Origin: Francisella sp. | GTDB taxonomy: Bacteria; Pseudomonadota; Gammaproteobacteria; Francisellales; Francisellaceae | DNA length: 64,000 nt | Direction of reading: 5' to 3' | Assembly: GCA_038141505.1 (NCBI GenBank) | Contig: JAYQIE010000042.1 | Location: 3,903 to 67,902 of the forward strand | Shown here: one piece after another, positions 36,768 to 48,190 of the stretch | How positions within the stretch are numbered: position 1 is the first letter of the stretch | How the letters are laid out: each line of letters begins with the position of its first letter | Translations under genes and position numbers: made by a program | The notes under the pieces: model-generated | Databases searched by the model: none | Told to the model about the DNA's origin: nothing | What the model saw: only the letters and a program-made list of their open reading frames with translations

Positions 36768-37200
36768 TAACTGATGCTACGCACTAAAGACAAGCTTGAG
36801 TGGTGTAAGTTGCGTTAAAGTGCTAGGCAGAAAGGTGTATAAGCTACTAGTTGCTTCAAATCTTACTGAGAGACTGTTCACAAATAAGTTAAACGATTAA
36901 CTTGCTTATTTCCCCATACTTTGCGTTGTTAAAATATACCATAAGCACAACTATGCTTATATTTTAACGCCTTAATTATGAAAAACTAATCATCGTTACT
37001 AATTTTAATTTATTTATGGACAGTCCCTAACGATGCCATTTGATGTAAATTATACCAATCCCTTAAGGACAAAAGATAAAGCATCATCTGGCTGCGTTAG
37101 AACCTTACTACCATAGCTACGGCTATGCTAATAAAAACCTGCCTTGCATATAAAACTTTCTCTTTTGCTCAAGATTGTGTTTGGTGTGTAACATCAGTTA
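36768..37200. mobile_element. MITE-like element, copy 2 (inverted relative to copy 1), with nested insertion
   Basis: Terminal IR TAACTGATGCTACGCACTAAA / TTTGGTGTGTAACATCAGTTA; both flanking parts align to the reverse complement of 32491-32747. Confidence 0.85.
36870..37027. mobile_element. Nested 158-bp MITE (IS5-like ends)
   Basis: 18-bp IR GAGACTGTTCACAAATAA / TTATTTATGGACAGTCCC (15/18), flanked by TGA/TAA; copy 1 gives the empty site with a single TAA. Confidence 0.82.
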
Positions 37201-37314
37201 TTAAATCTTTTGTTGAAATGTTTGAATTTAGAGTCACAAAAATATATCATTTATAAATACCCGTTTACATTACTGTTACTTGTAATACGAAATTGCTTCG
37301 GAGGATCGACAAGC

Positions 37315-37694
37315 GTGAAAAAATTACTAATATTGATTTGATGTCAATAAAATCATACAACTTCCCGGTTACGGCGATTAGTTCGATACTGCATCGAATT
37401 AGTGGTTTGATACTACTTATAGCTATGCCATTGGTGGTAGTGGGGATGAATTATTCATTAGCAGGACCAAATGGTTATCAGAATACAGTCAATTTGCTTA
37501 CGGCAAGCTGGTGTAGCGTATTTTTTTGGCTATTTTTGTCGGCTATTACATATCATGTGTATGCTGGTGTTAGGCATATGATTATGGACATGGGTTTTGG
37601 TGAGAGCTTGAAAGTGGCTAAGTTCACTTCTATGCTTGTTATAATTTTGGGTGTAATATCTGCAGTATTGTGGGGGTGGTTCTTATGGCTATAA
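37315..37694 (+). CDS. sdhC: Succinate dehydrogenase cytochrome b556 subunit
   Basis: AISSILHRISG, YHVYAGVRHMIMD; likely GTG start 37315 after GGAGG (start inferred, needs one extra A). Confidence 0.93.
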
Positions 37695-38038
37695 TTTCAT
37701 TAACTTCATCCGGTCTTAAGGACTTTTTTGTCCAAAGAGTTACAGCTGTAATTATTACTCTGTATTTTGGATATTTATTTATCGAGACTCTTTGTTTATC
37801 GCATTCTGGTCAGCTGAACTACGATAGTTGGCATGGTTTGTTTACTGATGGAATGTTTTTTAGAGTTGCTACACTGATGGCTTATTTAGCAGTGTTTTTT
37901 CACGCTTGGGTAGGTATTTGGATTATATGTGGTGACTATATCAAGTGTGCTTGGGCATCTGCTTTGGTAATGTTGAGTTTTGTTTTAACTTACGCTTTCT
38001 GCTTTTTCTGGCTGTTTGCAGTATTATTTTTCTACTAA
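37685..38038 (+). CDS. sdhD: Succinate dehydrogenase membrane anchor
   Basis: GLKDFFVQRVTAV, HAWVGIW...DY. Confidence 0.93.
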   Translation: MAIISLTSSGLKDFFVQRVTAVIITLYFGYLFIETLCLSHSGQLNYDSWHGLFTDGMFFRVATLMAYLAVFFHAWVGIWIICGDYIKCAWASALVMLSFVLTYAFCFFWLFAVLFFY

Positions 38039-38050
38039 GAGGTTGTTTTT

Positions 38051-39843
38051 ATGAGTATAGCTACACAGGAATTTGATGCTATTGTTATTGGTGCTGGTGG
38101 TGCTGGTTTAAGAGCAGCATTTCAGCTTTCGCAGTCTGGTTTTAAGACGGCTGCAGTTTCAAAGGTTTTTCCAACAAGGTCTCACACAGTTGCTGCTCAA
38201 GGTGGTATTGCTGCTGCGTTAGGTAATGTTCAGTTTGATGATGATTTACCATCTGATGATTGGAAGTGGCATATGTATGATACTGTTAAGGGTTCTGACT
38301 ATATTGGTGATCAGGATGCAATTGAGTATATGTGTGAGCATGCTCCACAGTCTATTATTGAGCTTGAGCATATGGGTATGCCTTTCTCTCGTTTAAAGAA
38401 TGGTAAGATTTATCAGAGAGCTTTTGGTGGTATGTCAAGAAACTTTGATCAGCGAACCAAGCTGAAAGAACATGTGCTGCTGCTGATAGAACAGGTCATG
38501 CTCTTTTGCATACGCTTTATCAGGGTAACTTAGCTCACGAGACTAATTTCTACACAGAATGGTTTGCTGTTGATTTAGTGAAAGCTGATGATGGTAGTAT
38601 TTCTGGTGTGATAGCTTTATGTATTGAGACTGGTGAAAACTGTATTTTTAAAAGCAAAAATCACGATACTAGCAACAGGTGGCGCAGGTCGCATATACGA
38701 GTCTAGCACAAATGCTTACATCAATACTGGTGATGGTATGGGCCTTGCTTTAAGGGCTGGTCTTCCTCTTCAAGATATGGAGTTTTGGCAGTTTCACCCT
38801 ACAGGTATCGCAGGTGCTGGTGTATTAGTTACAGAGGGTTGCCGTGGTGAAGGCGGAATCTTGCGTAACAAAGATGGCGAGAGATTTATGGAGCGTTATG
38901 CTCCAAATGCAAAAGATCTAGCGTGTCGTGATGTTGTATCGCGTGCATCTCAACAAGAAATTATGGAAGGTCGTGGAGATACATTTAGTGGTTCAAGCTG
39001 TGTGTATCTTGACCTTACTCATTTAGGTGAAGAAGTTATTGATGAGAAGCTACCAACTGTGAGAGAGCTTACTCAAACTTTTGCTGGTGTTGATCCGGTT
39101 GAGAAGATGATTCCTGTTGTACCAACTTGCCATTATCAGATGGGTGGTATTCCGACTAATAAGTTCGGACAAGTAGTTACTCAAGAAAATGGTGAAGATA
39201 AAGTTATCGGCGGATTATATGTTGTTGGAGAGTGTGCTTCAGTATCTGTTCACGGTGCAAATAGATTGGGTAGTAACTCACTACTTGATTTAGTTGTATT
39301 TGGTAGGGCAGCAGGTATGCATGCAGAGCAAAGTCTAAAAGAAGGTATGAGCATTAAGCCTACATCTCAAGAAAATATTGATGCTGCAATGAGTAGAATC
39401 AATAAGTGGGATAGTCTGAAAAAAGAGGCTGTAAAGAAAAAATTACAAGCCTAAGAAAAGAATTGCAACAAGTTATGCAACAGTATTTCTCTGTGTTTAG
39501 ACAAGAAGATACTATGCATAAGGGTCTTGATAAGCTTTACGCACTTAGAGATAGGTTAGAAAATGCTGTGCTTGAAGATAACTCTCGTATATTTAATATG
39601 ATGAGAATCGAAGCGCTTGAGCTTGATAACCTTATGCTGACAGCAGTTGCGACGGCTAAAGCAGCTTTAGAAAGAAAGGAGTCTCGTGGAGCCCATTCAA
39701 GAGTAGATTTTCCAGATAGAGACGATGTGAACTGGATGAAGCATTCAATATATTTCTTGGAAGGTGATAGAACCTCTTCAAGAGAAGTAAATATGTCGCC
39801 TACTAAAGTTAAGGCATTCCAACCAGCAGAACGAAAGTACTAA
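38051..39843 (+). CDS. sdhA: Succinate dehydrogenase flavoprotein (indel breaks)
   Basis: [41 protein letters not shown]. Confidence 0.96.
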
Positions 39844-39861
39844 TTACAAGGATTTTATATA

Positions 39862-40559
39862 ATGGAAGTAAGATTTAAAATTTATAGATATAATCCAGAA
39901 GTAGACAAAAAACCTTATTATGATGAGTATGTGGTTACTGTTGAAAATGAAGGTGTAAAAGTTTTGACTGCTCTTGAGCTTATCAAAGAGCAAGACCCAA
40001 CTCTAGCAATGCGTAGATCGTGTCGCGAGGTGTGTGTGGTTCTGACGGTATGAACATTAACGGCAAAACCGTTTAGCTTGTATTACATCTATTGGTGAGC
40101 TAAAGCAACCAATCAAAATCAATCCTTTACCAGGCTTGCCTGTAGTTAGAGATTTGATTGTTGATATGAAACAGTTCTTTAAAAACTATGAGAAAGTTAA
40201 GCCGTATCTTATCAATGATGAAGAGGCTCCTACAAAAGAGACTTCAGTCACCTGAAGATAGAGCTAAGTTAGATGGTTTGTATGAGTGCATTTTGTGTGC
40301 TTGTTGTACAACAGCTTGCCCATCATTCTGGTGGAATCCTGATAAGTTTATTGGACCATCTGGACTGTTACAGGCTTATAGATTTATCGCAGATTCGCGT
40401 GACACAGCTACAGAAGAAAGACTTAATGATTTAAAAGATCCGTTTAGCTTGTTTAGATGTAGAACTATTATGAGTTGTGTTTCGGTATGTCCTAAAGGTC
40501 TAAATCCTACAGAGGCAATCGGTAAAATTAGATCAACTTTATTAAGCAAGAGTGTATAA
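39862..40559 (+). CDS. sdhB: Succinate dehydrogenase Fe-S subunit (indel breaks)
   Basis: [40 protein letters not shown]. Confidence 0.96.
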
Positions 40560-40586
40560 ATAGTAAAACCAATTTTAGGCCTCTAT

Positions 40587-43381
40587 ATGAAAAAAAATCA
40601 ACGGATTTTAGCCAATGGCTAGAAACAACCCAGTTTTCTGGCGGTAATTTAGAATATCTTGAATCAATTTATGATGACTATATAACAGGCAATCGCGAAG
40701 GACTAGATCCGGAGTGGTTGTCTTTTTGGTTCTGTAGCTACATCAACTGATACTGTGCATAGAGATACAGTTGAAGAGTTCAAGTACTTAGCTAAAAATA
40801 AAATCAATACAGTCACAATGGCTGGTGATAGTGATATTACTCTAAAAGTAAAATCATTGCTTAAAGCTTATAGGTCTCATGCTTATAAATCAGCAAAAAT
40901 TGACCCGTTGAATATAACTCAGTATGATCGAGATACTGACCTTGATTTATCAACTCATGGACTGTCTGATAGCGATTTAACGGAATCTGTGAATTTAGGT
41001 TCTTTTACAAATGATCAATCAGTGCCTTTAGCCAAAATTATCGATAAACTAAAAGCTACTTATGAATCAAGTGTTGGTTATGAGTATAAATATATCGGAA
41101 ATAAAGCCGAAAAGCTTTGGCTAGAGCAAAGAATAGAAGATGATACAGCTCCAACGGCAGAAGAAAAAGGATACTTCAACAGTTAGTAGCTGCAGAAGGT
41201 TTAGAGAAATTCTTGCGTTGAAATATGTCGGACAGAAAAGATTTGGCTTAGAAGGTGGTGAATCTATGATCCCATCTTTGCAGCATATAATCGAAAAAGC
41301 AATATCGAGACATTCAACTCGTTTTGTACAGTTAGGTATGGCTCATAGAGGTCGCTTAAATGTATTAGTAAATATATTGGGTAAAAATCCAAAACATCTT
41401 TGTGAAGAGTTTGAGGGTAAGCAAAATGAGAAGGCTCTATCAGGTGATGTTAAGTACCATATGGGGTATTCAAATTATCGTAGTATTGACGGTAAAGAAG
41501 CAAAAATTGCATTAGCGTTTAACCCATCGCATTTAGAAGCAGTTGACCCTGTAGTAGAGGGTGCTGCTAAAGCTATTCAAGATAAGCTTGATGGAGATGT
41601 ATTTAGTCAGGTTTTGCCTATTTTGATTCATGGAGATTCTGCTTTTTGTGGGCAGGGTGTCGTGATGGAGACATTTGGTTTTTCATTGACAAAAGCTTAT
41701 GGTACTGGTGGTACGGTACATATTGTTGCGAATAATCAGGTCGGTTTTACAACAGCTAGTGTCAATGGTGTAAATAGAAGTAGTACTTACTCTACAGATA
41801 TTGCAAAAATGGTTAATGCGCCGATATTTCATGTAAATGGTGATGATCCTGAGGCTGTAATCAAGGTTACAGATATTGCATTAGAATATCGCATGAAGTT
41901 TAACAAGGATGTCGTAATTGACTTGGTTTGTTATCGTAGAAATGGTCATAATGAAACAGATGAGCCGTCTGGGACTCAGCCAAAAAATGTATGAAGTGAT
42001 TAAAAAACTTCCAACAACTTTGAAAATATATAGTGATAAGCTTTTGAGAGAAGGTTCTATCGATAATGATTTGTACACTCGTTTGGTGGCTAGCTATCGT
42101 AGTAAACTAGATGAAGGTAAAGTAACTGTAGATATTCTTGATAAAAGTGTTGTAAAAGATCAGTATAAGGTTTGTGATTGGGCGCCGTATTGTACTACTC
42201 AAGAGACTAAATACAACTATAAAACTATTTCTGAGAAAACTTTAAAAGAATTGACTATGAAGATGTGTGCTGTACCTGAAGGTATTAAGGTGCAAATGCA
42301 GGTCAAAAAAGCTCTTACAGATAGAGAAAAGATGGCTGTTGGTGAATTACCACTAAACTGGGGTTTTGCTGAAACTCTAGCTTATGCAACACTTTTAGAA
42401 GAAGGGTATCCTGTGCGATTATCTGGTGAAGATAGTGGTAGAGGTACTTTCTCACATCGTCACGCAGTTGTCAAAAATATGGATACTAGCTCTAATGTTG
42501 ATGAATATATACCTCTTCAACATATAAATAAAGAAGCAAGGTTTGATGTAATTGACTCGACACTTTCAGAGTATGGTGTGCTTGGTTTTGAATATGGTTA
42601 TAGTTGCTATAGTCCAGATTCTTTAGTTATTTGGGAAGCTCAGTTTGGTGACTTTGTCAATACGGCTCAAGTAGTAATCGATCAGTTCTTAGTGGCTGCT
42701 GAAGAGAAGTGGGGTATATTATCTGGTTTGACACTGCTACTACCTCATGGTCAAGAAGGTGCTGGATCTGAGCATTCATCTGCTAGACTTGAGAGATTTT
42801 TAAGCTCATGTGCAAATCAAAATATGCAAGTTTGTACTCCAACAACGCCAGCACAAATTTATCACCTATTAAGACGCCAAGTTATTCGACGATTAAGAAA
42901 ACCTCTTATAGTTATGACACCGAAAAGCTTGCTAAGAAACCCTAAGGCCATTTCTTCTTTAGAAGAATTGTCAAAAGGTCATTTTGAGCGAGTGATAGAC
43001 GATAGTGTGGCAAAAGCTGATAAAGTTACTAAATTGGTGCTATGTAACGGTAAGGTTTATTATGATCTTATGGCGAAGAAGCTTGATAAGTACGATAATA
43101 TTGCAGTTGTAAGAATTGAAGAGTTATATCCAACACCTCGTGAAGATATGGCTAAGATATTAGCAAAATATAAAAAAGCTAAACAAATTGTATGGTTACA
43201 AGAAGAGCCTCAAAATAAAGGTGCTTGGTACCATATAAGAGGTAGGTTAGAGAAATTACTTGATGCTAAGCAGTCACTAGAATGTGTTGCAAGAGAGAGA
43301 TCTTCTACACCTGCAGTTGGTTATCATGCCTTATATGTGAAGCAACAAGAAGAATTAGTTAATAGAGTTTTAGATATATAA
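40587..43381 (+). CDS. sucA: 2-oxoglutarate dehydrogenase E1 (indel breaks)
   Basis: GMAHRGRLN, GDVKYHMG, HGDSAFCGQG, WEAQFGDF, EHSSARLER. Confidence 0.96.
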
Positions 43382-43401
43382 AATTTTACTAGGAGTAAAT
43401 A

Positions 43402-44873
43402 ATGGTTGAATTAAAAACCCCAATGTTTCCGGAATCTGTGGCAGATGGTACTCTAGCACAGTGGACTAAAAATGAAGGTGAATTTGTAAACGAAGGCGAT
43501 ATAGTTGCTGAAATCGAAACAGATAAAGTTGTACTAGAAGTTCCTGCAACTGCGAGTGGCGTATTGACTGGTGTTAAAAGAAAGAGGGTGATATAGTATT
43601 ATCACAAGAATCTTTGGCAAGTATCGATACTAATGCAACTGTAGGTGGATCTAACGCGGCTCCTAAAGTAGAAGCTAAACAAGAAGCTGTAGCACCTGCA
43701 CAATCAGTTGGTAAAGATGTGATTGTAAAAGCTCCAGTATTTCCAGAATCTGTAGCAGATGGCACGATTTCTGATTGGCATAAGCAAGTAGGTGATGTAG
43801 TTGCAGAAGGCGATATATTAGCAGAGATTGAAACAGATAAGGTTGTGCTAGAAGTACCTGCAACAATAGGCGGTACAATAGCTAAGATAGTTAAGCAAGC
43901 AGGTGATACTGTTTTATCAGGTGAAGAGATTGCGGTTATTTCAGAAAGTGGTTCAGCAGTAGCTGTAAGTGCTGCACCAGCTAAAGAAGAGAAATCTACA
44001 GGTGGAACAACTAATCCTCATTTAGTTCCATCAGCTAGAAAAGCTTTTAATGCTAGCGGTTTAGATTCTGCTACAAATATAAGTGGAACAGGTAAAAAAG
44101 GTCGCATTACTTCTGATGATGTGAAAAAAGCTTCAAGCTCATCAGCGACGCCAGCTCCAGTTGCCCAAGGTAAGAGATACGAAAAACGCGTGAAAATGAC
44201 TCGTTTGCGTCAAACTATTGCAAATAGACTAGTTGATGTACAGCAAACTAATGCGATTTTGACTACTTTTAATGAAGTTGACATGACTGCTGTTATGGAA
44301 ATTAGAAAAAAATACAAAGATATGTTTGCTAAAGAGCATGATACTAAACTTGGATTTATGTCATTTTTCTTAAAAGCTTCTACAGAGGCTTTGAAAAAAT
44401 TCCCTGATGTAAATGCGTCTATTGATGGTGATGATATTGTTTATCATAACTATTTTGATATAAGTATCGCAGTAGGTACAGATAGAGGTTTAGTTGTTCC
44501 TGTGCTAAAAGATGTTGATGATATGAGTTTAGCTGACCTGGAAAATGCTGTAGTTGAGAAAGCTATCAAAGCAAGAGATGGTAAGCTAACTCTTGAAGAT
44601 ATGCAGGGTGGTACATTTACTATCACTAATGGCGGTACTTATGGTTCTATGCTATCTACGCCGATCATTAATTCGCCACAAAGTGCTATTTTGGGTATGC
44701 ATAATATCGTACAGCGTCCAATGGTTGTTGATGGTGAGATAAAAATTCGTCCAATCATGTATCTAGCATTATCGTATGATCATAGAATCATTGATGGTGG
44801 TACTTCTGTGAGATTCTTGAAGATGATTAAAGAACTTCTTGAAGATCCAACTAGAATTTTACTACAAGTATAG
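43402..44873 (+). CDS. sucB: Dihydrolipoamide succinyltransferase E2 with two lipoyl domains (frameshift ~43580)
   Basis: Two FPESVADG...[13 protein letters not shown] domains, [12 protein letters not shown]. Confidence 0.96.
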
Positions 44874-44913
44874 TTTATTTAATTTTATCAAATTTCTACC
44901 GATAGGTATTCCC

Positions 44914-45441
44914 ATGAGTTTAGAATTTATAGAAAGTAAAATCGTCACTGTGCCTGACTATCCAAAGCCAGGTATTATGTTTCGTGATATCACACCATTA
45001 TTAGCTGATAAAGATGGTTTGAGAAAAACTACTTTTGAAATGAAAAAGGCTTTAGAAAGTAAAGGTATCAAACCAACAGTTATAGCTGGGACAGAAAGTC
45101 GCGGTTTTATATTTGGTGTGGTACTAGCGGAAGCCTTAGGTTTAGGGTTTGTACCTGTCAGAAAACCTGGTAAGTTACCTAGAGCAACTTATAGTGTAAG
45201 CTATGAGCTAGAGTATGGTAGTGATAGCCTTGAAATACATCAAGATGCTTTTACAAAAGATGATAGTGTGCTTGTTGTAGATGATTTGCTAGCAACTGGT
45301 GGTACAGCAAAAGCTACTGCGGAGCTTATTGAAAAAACACAAGCAAGTGTTTGTGGTATGATATTTGTAATGGAGCTAGACGGTTTAGGCGGTCGTGAAA
45401 AAATTGCAGATTATGATGTAACAACACTGCTGCATTTCTAG
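44914..45441 (+). CDS. apt: Adenine phosphoribosyltransferase
   Basis: PDYPKPGIMFRDIT, ESRGF, RKPGKLP, VVDDLLATGGT. Confidence 0.96.
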   Translation: MSLEFIESKIVTVPDYPKPGIMFRDITPLLADKDGLRKTTFEMKKALESKGIKPTVIAGTESRGFIFGVVLAEALGLGFVPVRKPGKLPRATYSVSYELEYGSDSLEIHQDAFTKDDSVLVVDDLLATGGTAKATAELIEKTQASVCGMIFVMELDGLGGREKIADYDVTTLLHF

Positions 45442-45456
45442 GGAACTTTAATAGAT

Positions 45457-46785
45457 ATGGCTAAATACTTTGGAACAGATGGCATAAGAGGTGAAGTTGG
45501 TAACTCAACTATTACAGCAGAGTTTGTACAAAAGCTTGGTAATGCGGTTGGTTCGCTTATAAATGACTATAAGCAGGATAAATTGGTGATAATTGGGCAA
45601 GATACTCGTAGCTCGGGCGATATGCTGAAGTTTGCTTTGGTGTCTGGTTTAAATGGTGCTGGTATTCATGTACTAGATCTCGGAGTAGTTCCAACACCAG
45701 TTGTGGCTTTTATGACTGTTAAGCATAAAGCTTCAGCAGGGTTTGTGATTACAGCATCGCATAATAAATTTACAGATAATGGCATTAAACTTTTTTCAGC
45801 TGATGGTTTTAAGCTTGATGATGCTTTAGAAGCAGAAGTTGAAGCTAAAATTGATAGCGATTTTGTTTACCAAGATGACTATAAATTTGGTGGATATAAG
45901 CTCTTAGAAAATTCTACGGCAGAGTATATAGAAGATTGCCATAACAGATTTAAAGACATAGTTTCATATAAAGGCAAAGTTGTCGTTGATTGTGCTCATG
46001 GTGCTGGATCAAAACACTTTGAGTCGCTGCTTGATGTGTTTGGCATAGATTATGTAACTATTGCATCAAACCCTGATGGTGTGAATATTAATGTAGATTG
46101 TGGTGCAACTTGTGTTGGTAATGTTGCAAAAGCAGTATTAGAGCATAAAGCTGATCTTGGGATATCTCTTGATGGTGATGCTGATAGGATTATGATTGTT
46201 GATGAGAAAGGTTGTGAAATAGATGGAGATGGTATTTTAAATATCATTTCACAATATGCTGATATATGTGGAGGTACTGATGGAATTGTTGGTACTCAAA
46301 TGACAAATATGAGCTATGAAAATCATTATAAGAAAAATAACATTCCGTTTATTCGCTCAAAAGTAGGCGATAGATATGTATTAGAAGACCTTGTAAAATA
46401 TGGCTATAAAATCGGTGGTGAATCATCTGGTCATGTGATAAATCTAAACTTTGGTACAACTGGTGACGGGCTATTTACAGCGGTACAATTATTGGCAGTA
46501 TTCTCTCAACATGATAAACCTGTATCTGAGTTTAAGCTACAAGGTGAGCTTATGCAACAGACTCTTATAAATGTACCGTTAGCTAAAAAAGTAACTTCAG
46601 AAGACTTAGAAAATTTAGCTGATGATGTGGCAGAAGTAGAGAAAGAATTAGCAAGCCATGGTAGAGTGCTTTTGCGTCCATCTGGTACAGAGCCTGTACT
46701 TCGTGTAATGGTTGAAGCAGATGATAAAGGTCTAGCTCAAAAATATGCTGAGTATTTAGTAGAGAAAGTGAAAGAGAAGATTTGA
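45457..46785 (+). CDS. glmM: Phosphoglucosamine mutase
   Basis: [34 protein letters not shown]. Confidence 0.95.
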   Translation: MAKYFGTDGIRGEVGNSTITAEFVQKLGNAVGSLINDYKQDKLVIIGQDTRSSGDMLKFALVSGLNGAGIHVLDLGVVPTPVVAFMTVKHKASAGFVITASHNKFTDNGIKLFSADGFKLDDALEAEVEAKIDSDFVYQDDYKFGGYKLLENSTAEYIEDCHNRFKDIVSYKGKVVVDCAHGAGSKHFESLLDVFGIDYVTIASNPDGVNINVDCGATCVGNVAKAVLEHKADLGISLDGDADRIMIVDEKGCEIDGDGILNIISQYADICGGTDGIVGTQMTNMSYENHYKKNNIPFIRSKVGDRYVLEDLVKYGYKIGGESSGHVINLNFGTTGDGLFTAVQLLAVFSQHDKPVSEFKLQGELMQQTLINVPLAKKVTSEDLENLADDVAEVEKELASHGRVLLRPSGTEPVLRVMVEADDKGLAQKYAEYLVEKVKEKI

Positions 46786-46798
46786 GTTAAATAGCAAG

Positions 46799-46826
46799 GA
46801 GATCCCCAGTCAAGCTGAGGATTTCG
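46799..46826 (-). repeat. Single degenerate CGTC/RPE-like palindrome between glmM and tpiA
   Basis: GAGATCCCCAGTCAAGCTGAGGATTTCG; same GAGATCC..TCAAG..GGAT architecture as 16624-16652. Confidence 0.65.
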
Positions 46827-46863
46827 TTCTGTTTTTTGTAAAAGTAAAGTAGGTATTATAGAT

Positions 46864-47625
46864 ATGCAAAAATTAATAATGGGTAACTGGAAAATGAATG
46901 GTAATACTCAGAGCATCAAAGAGCTTTGTGAGGGTATTGCTACTGCGAAATTTGATAGCTCAAAAGTAAGTGTAGCTGTATTTCCATCGAGTGTATATGT
47001 GAAAGAAACAATCGCTCAACTTCCTAAAGAAATAGGCGTTGGTTTGCAAAACATCACATTTAATGATGATGGTGCTTATACAGGTGAGCTTTCAAAAGCT
47101 ATGCTTGAAGATCTAGGCTGTGATTATGTATTGATTGGTCATTCAGAAAGAAGATCGTTATTTAATGAGTCTGATGAAGATGTATTTAAAAAGTTACAAA
47201 AAGTTATAGATACTGATATAACACCTGTAGTGTGTATTGGTGAATCACTTGAAGATAGAGAAGGTGGTAAGCTTGAAGAAGTTTTAGCTTCTCAATTGGC
47301 GTTAGTATTACAAAATCTATCTGTAGCACAATTAAGCAAAGTTGTAGTAGCTTATGAGCCTGTATGGGCAATAGGTACAGGTGTAGTTGCATCACTTGAG
47401 CAAGTACAAGAAACGCATGAATTCATCAGATCTATGATAGCTAAAATAGACGAAAATCTTGCTAAAAATATCAAGATAGTGTATGGTGGTAGCCTAAAAG
47501 CTGCAAATGCAAAAGACATACTGAGTCTTGCTGATGTGGACGGTGGATTAATAGGTGGAGCATCATTACAAGCTCCTGAGTTTAACGAAATAATAAGTCA
47601 AGCAAATATAATATGTACTCAATAA
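46864..47625 (+). CDS. tpiA: Triosephosphate isomerase
   Basis: [30 protein letters not shown]. Confidence 0.97.
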   Translation: MQKLIMGNWKMNGNTQSIKELCEGIATAKFDSSKVSVAVFPSSVYVKETIAQLPKEIGVGLQNITFNDDGAYTGELSKAMLEDLGCDYVLIGHSERRSLFNESDEDVFKKLQKVIDTDITPVVCIGESLEDREGGKLEEVLASQLALVLQNLSVAQLSKVVVAYEPVWAIGTGVVASLEQVQETHEFIRSMIAKIDENLAKNIKIVYGGSLKAANAKDILSLADVDGGLIGGASLQAPEFNEIISQANIICTQ

Positions 47626-47990
47626 TTTTAACAATAGATGTAATAGCAGCTTTAGCTATTATTGTACTAGTACTTTTACAACAAGGTAAAGGTGCTGATA
47701 TGGGTGTTTCATTTGGAGCAGGTTCTTCAAATGCTGTATTTGGTAGCAAGGGAGCAGCTTCATTTTTATTCAAAATGACAATCTTCTGTACTGCAGTATT
47801 TTTCATCGGTTGCCTAACTCTTGGTTATCTTGGTAAAAGTCCAAAGGTTGCAGCTACTGATACTTCTGCTAAGTCTATAGCGAATCAATACGACTATGCA
47901 CAGTACCAAAAAGAGATTGGTCAAGCAGCTACAGCAGCTACTCCTCAAAAGACTGCTGAGACTACAAAAGAATCTCCTAAGTCTAAGTAA
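47613..47990 (+). CDS. secG: Preprotein translocase subunit SecG
   Basis: [25 protein letters not shown]. Confidence 0.95.
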   Translation: MYSIILTIDVIAALAIIVLVLLQQGKGADMGVSFGAGSSNAVFGSKGAASFLFKMTIFCTAVFFIGCLTLGYLGKSPKVAATDTSAKSIANQYDYAQYQKEIGQAATAATPQKTAETTKESPKSK

Positions 47991-48000
47991 TTATCTACCT

Positions 48001-48085
48001 GCACTGGTGGTGGAATTGGTAGACACGCCATCTTGAGGGGTGGTGTCCGAAGGATGTGTGGGTTCGAGTCCCACTCAGTGCACCA
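48001..48085 (+). tRNA. tRNA-Leu(GAG)
   Basis: GCACTGG acceptor, GGAATTGGTAGAC D-arm, TTGAG anticodon, long variable arm, GGTTCGAGTCC, CCA end; conserved secG-leuU synteny; G-run one base short. Confidence 0.93.
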
Positions 48086-48190
48086 AAAATTTATTTTTAT
48101 AAAATCTCATAATTTTCTTTTCTGAATATTGTTTATTACAATCATTGCTTATCGTATACTAAATGCAGATATATCACGATTTAGAAAATT

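Noticed and set aside
43402-43900. Separate small lipoyl protein or novel duplication upstream of sucB
   Set aside because: It is the first of two lipoyl domains, detached by an indel at an A-run; multi-lipoyl E2 subunits are common.
48001-48190. tRNA-Leu as an island integration site
   Set aside because: No integrase and no duplicated tRNA 3' end seen; recC follows directly.
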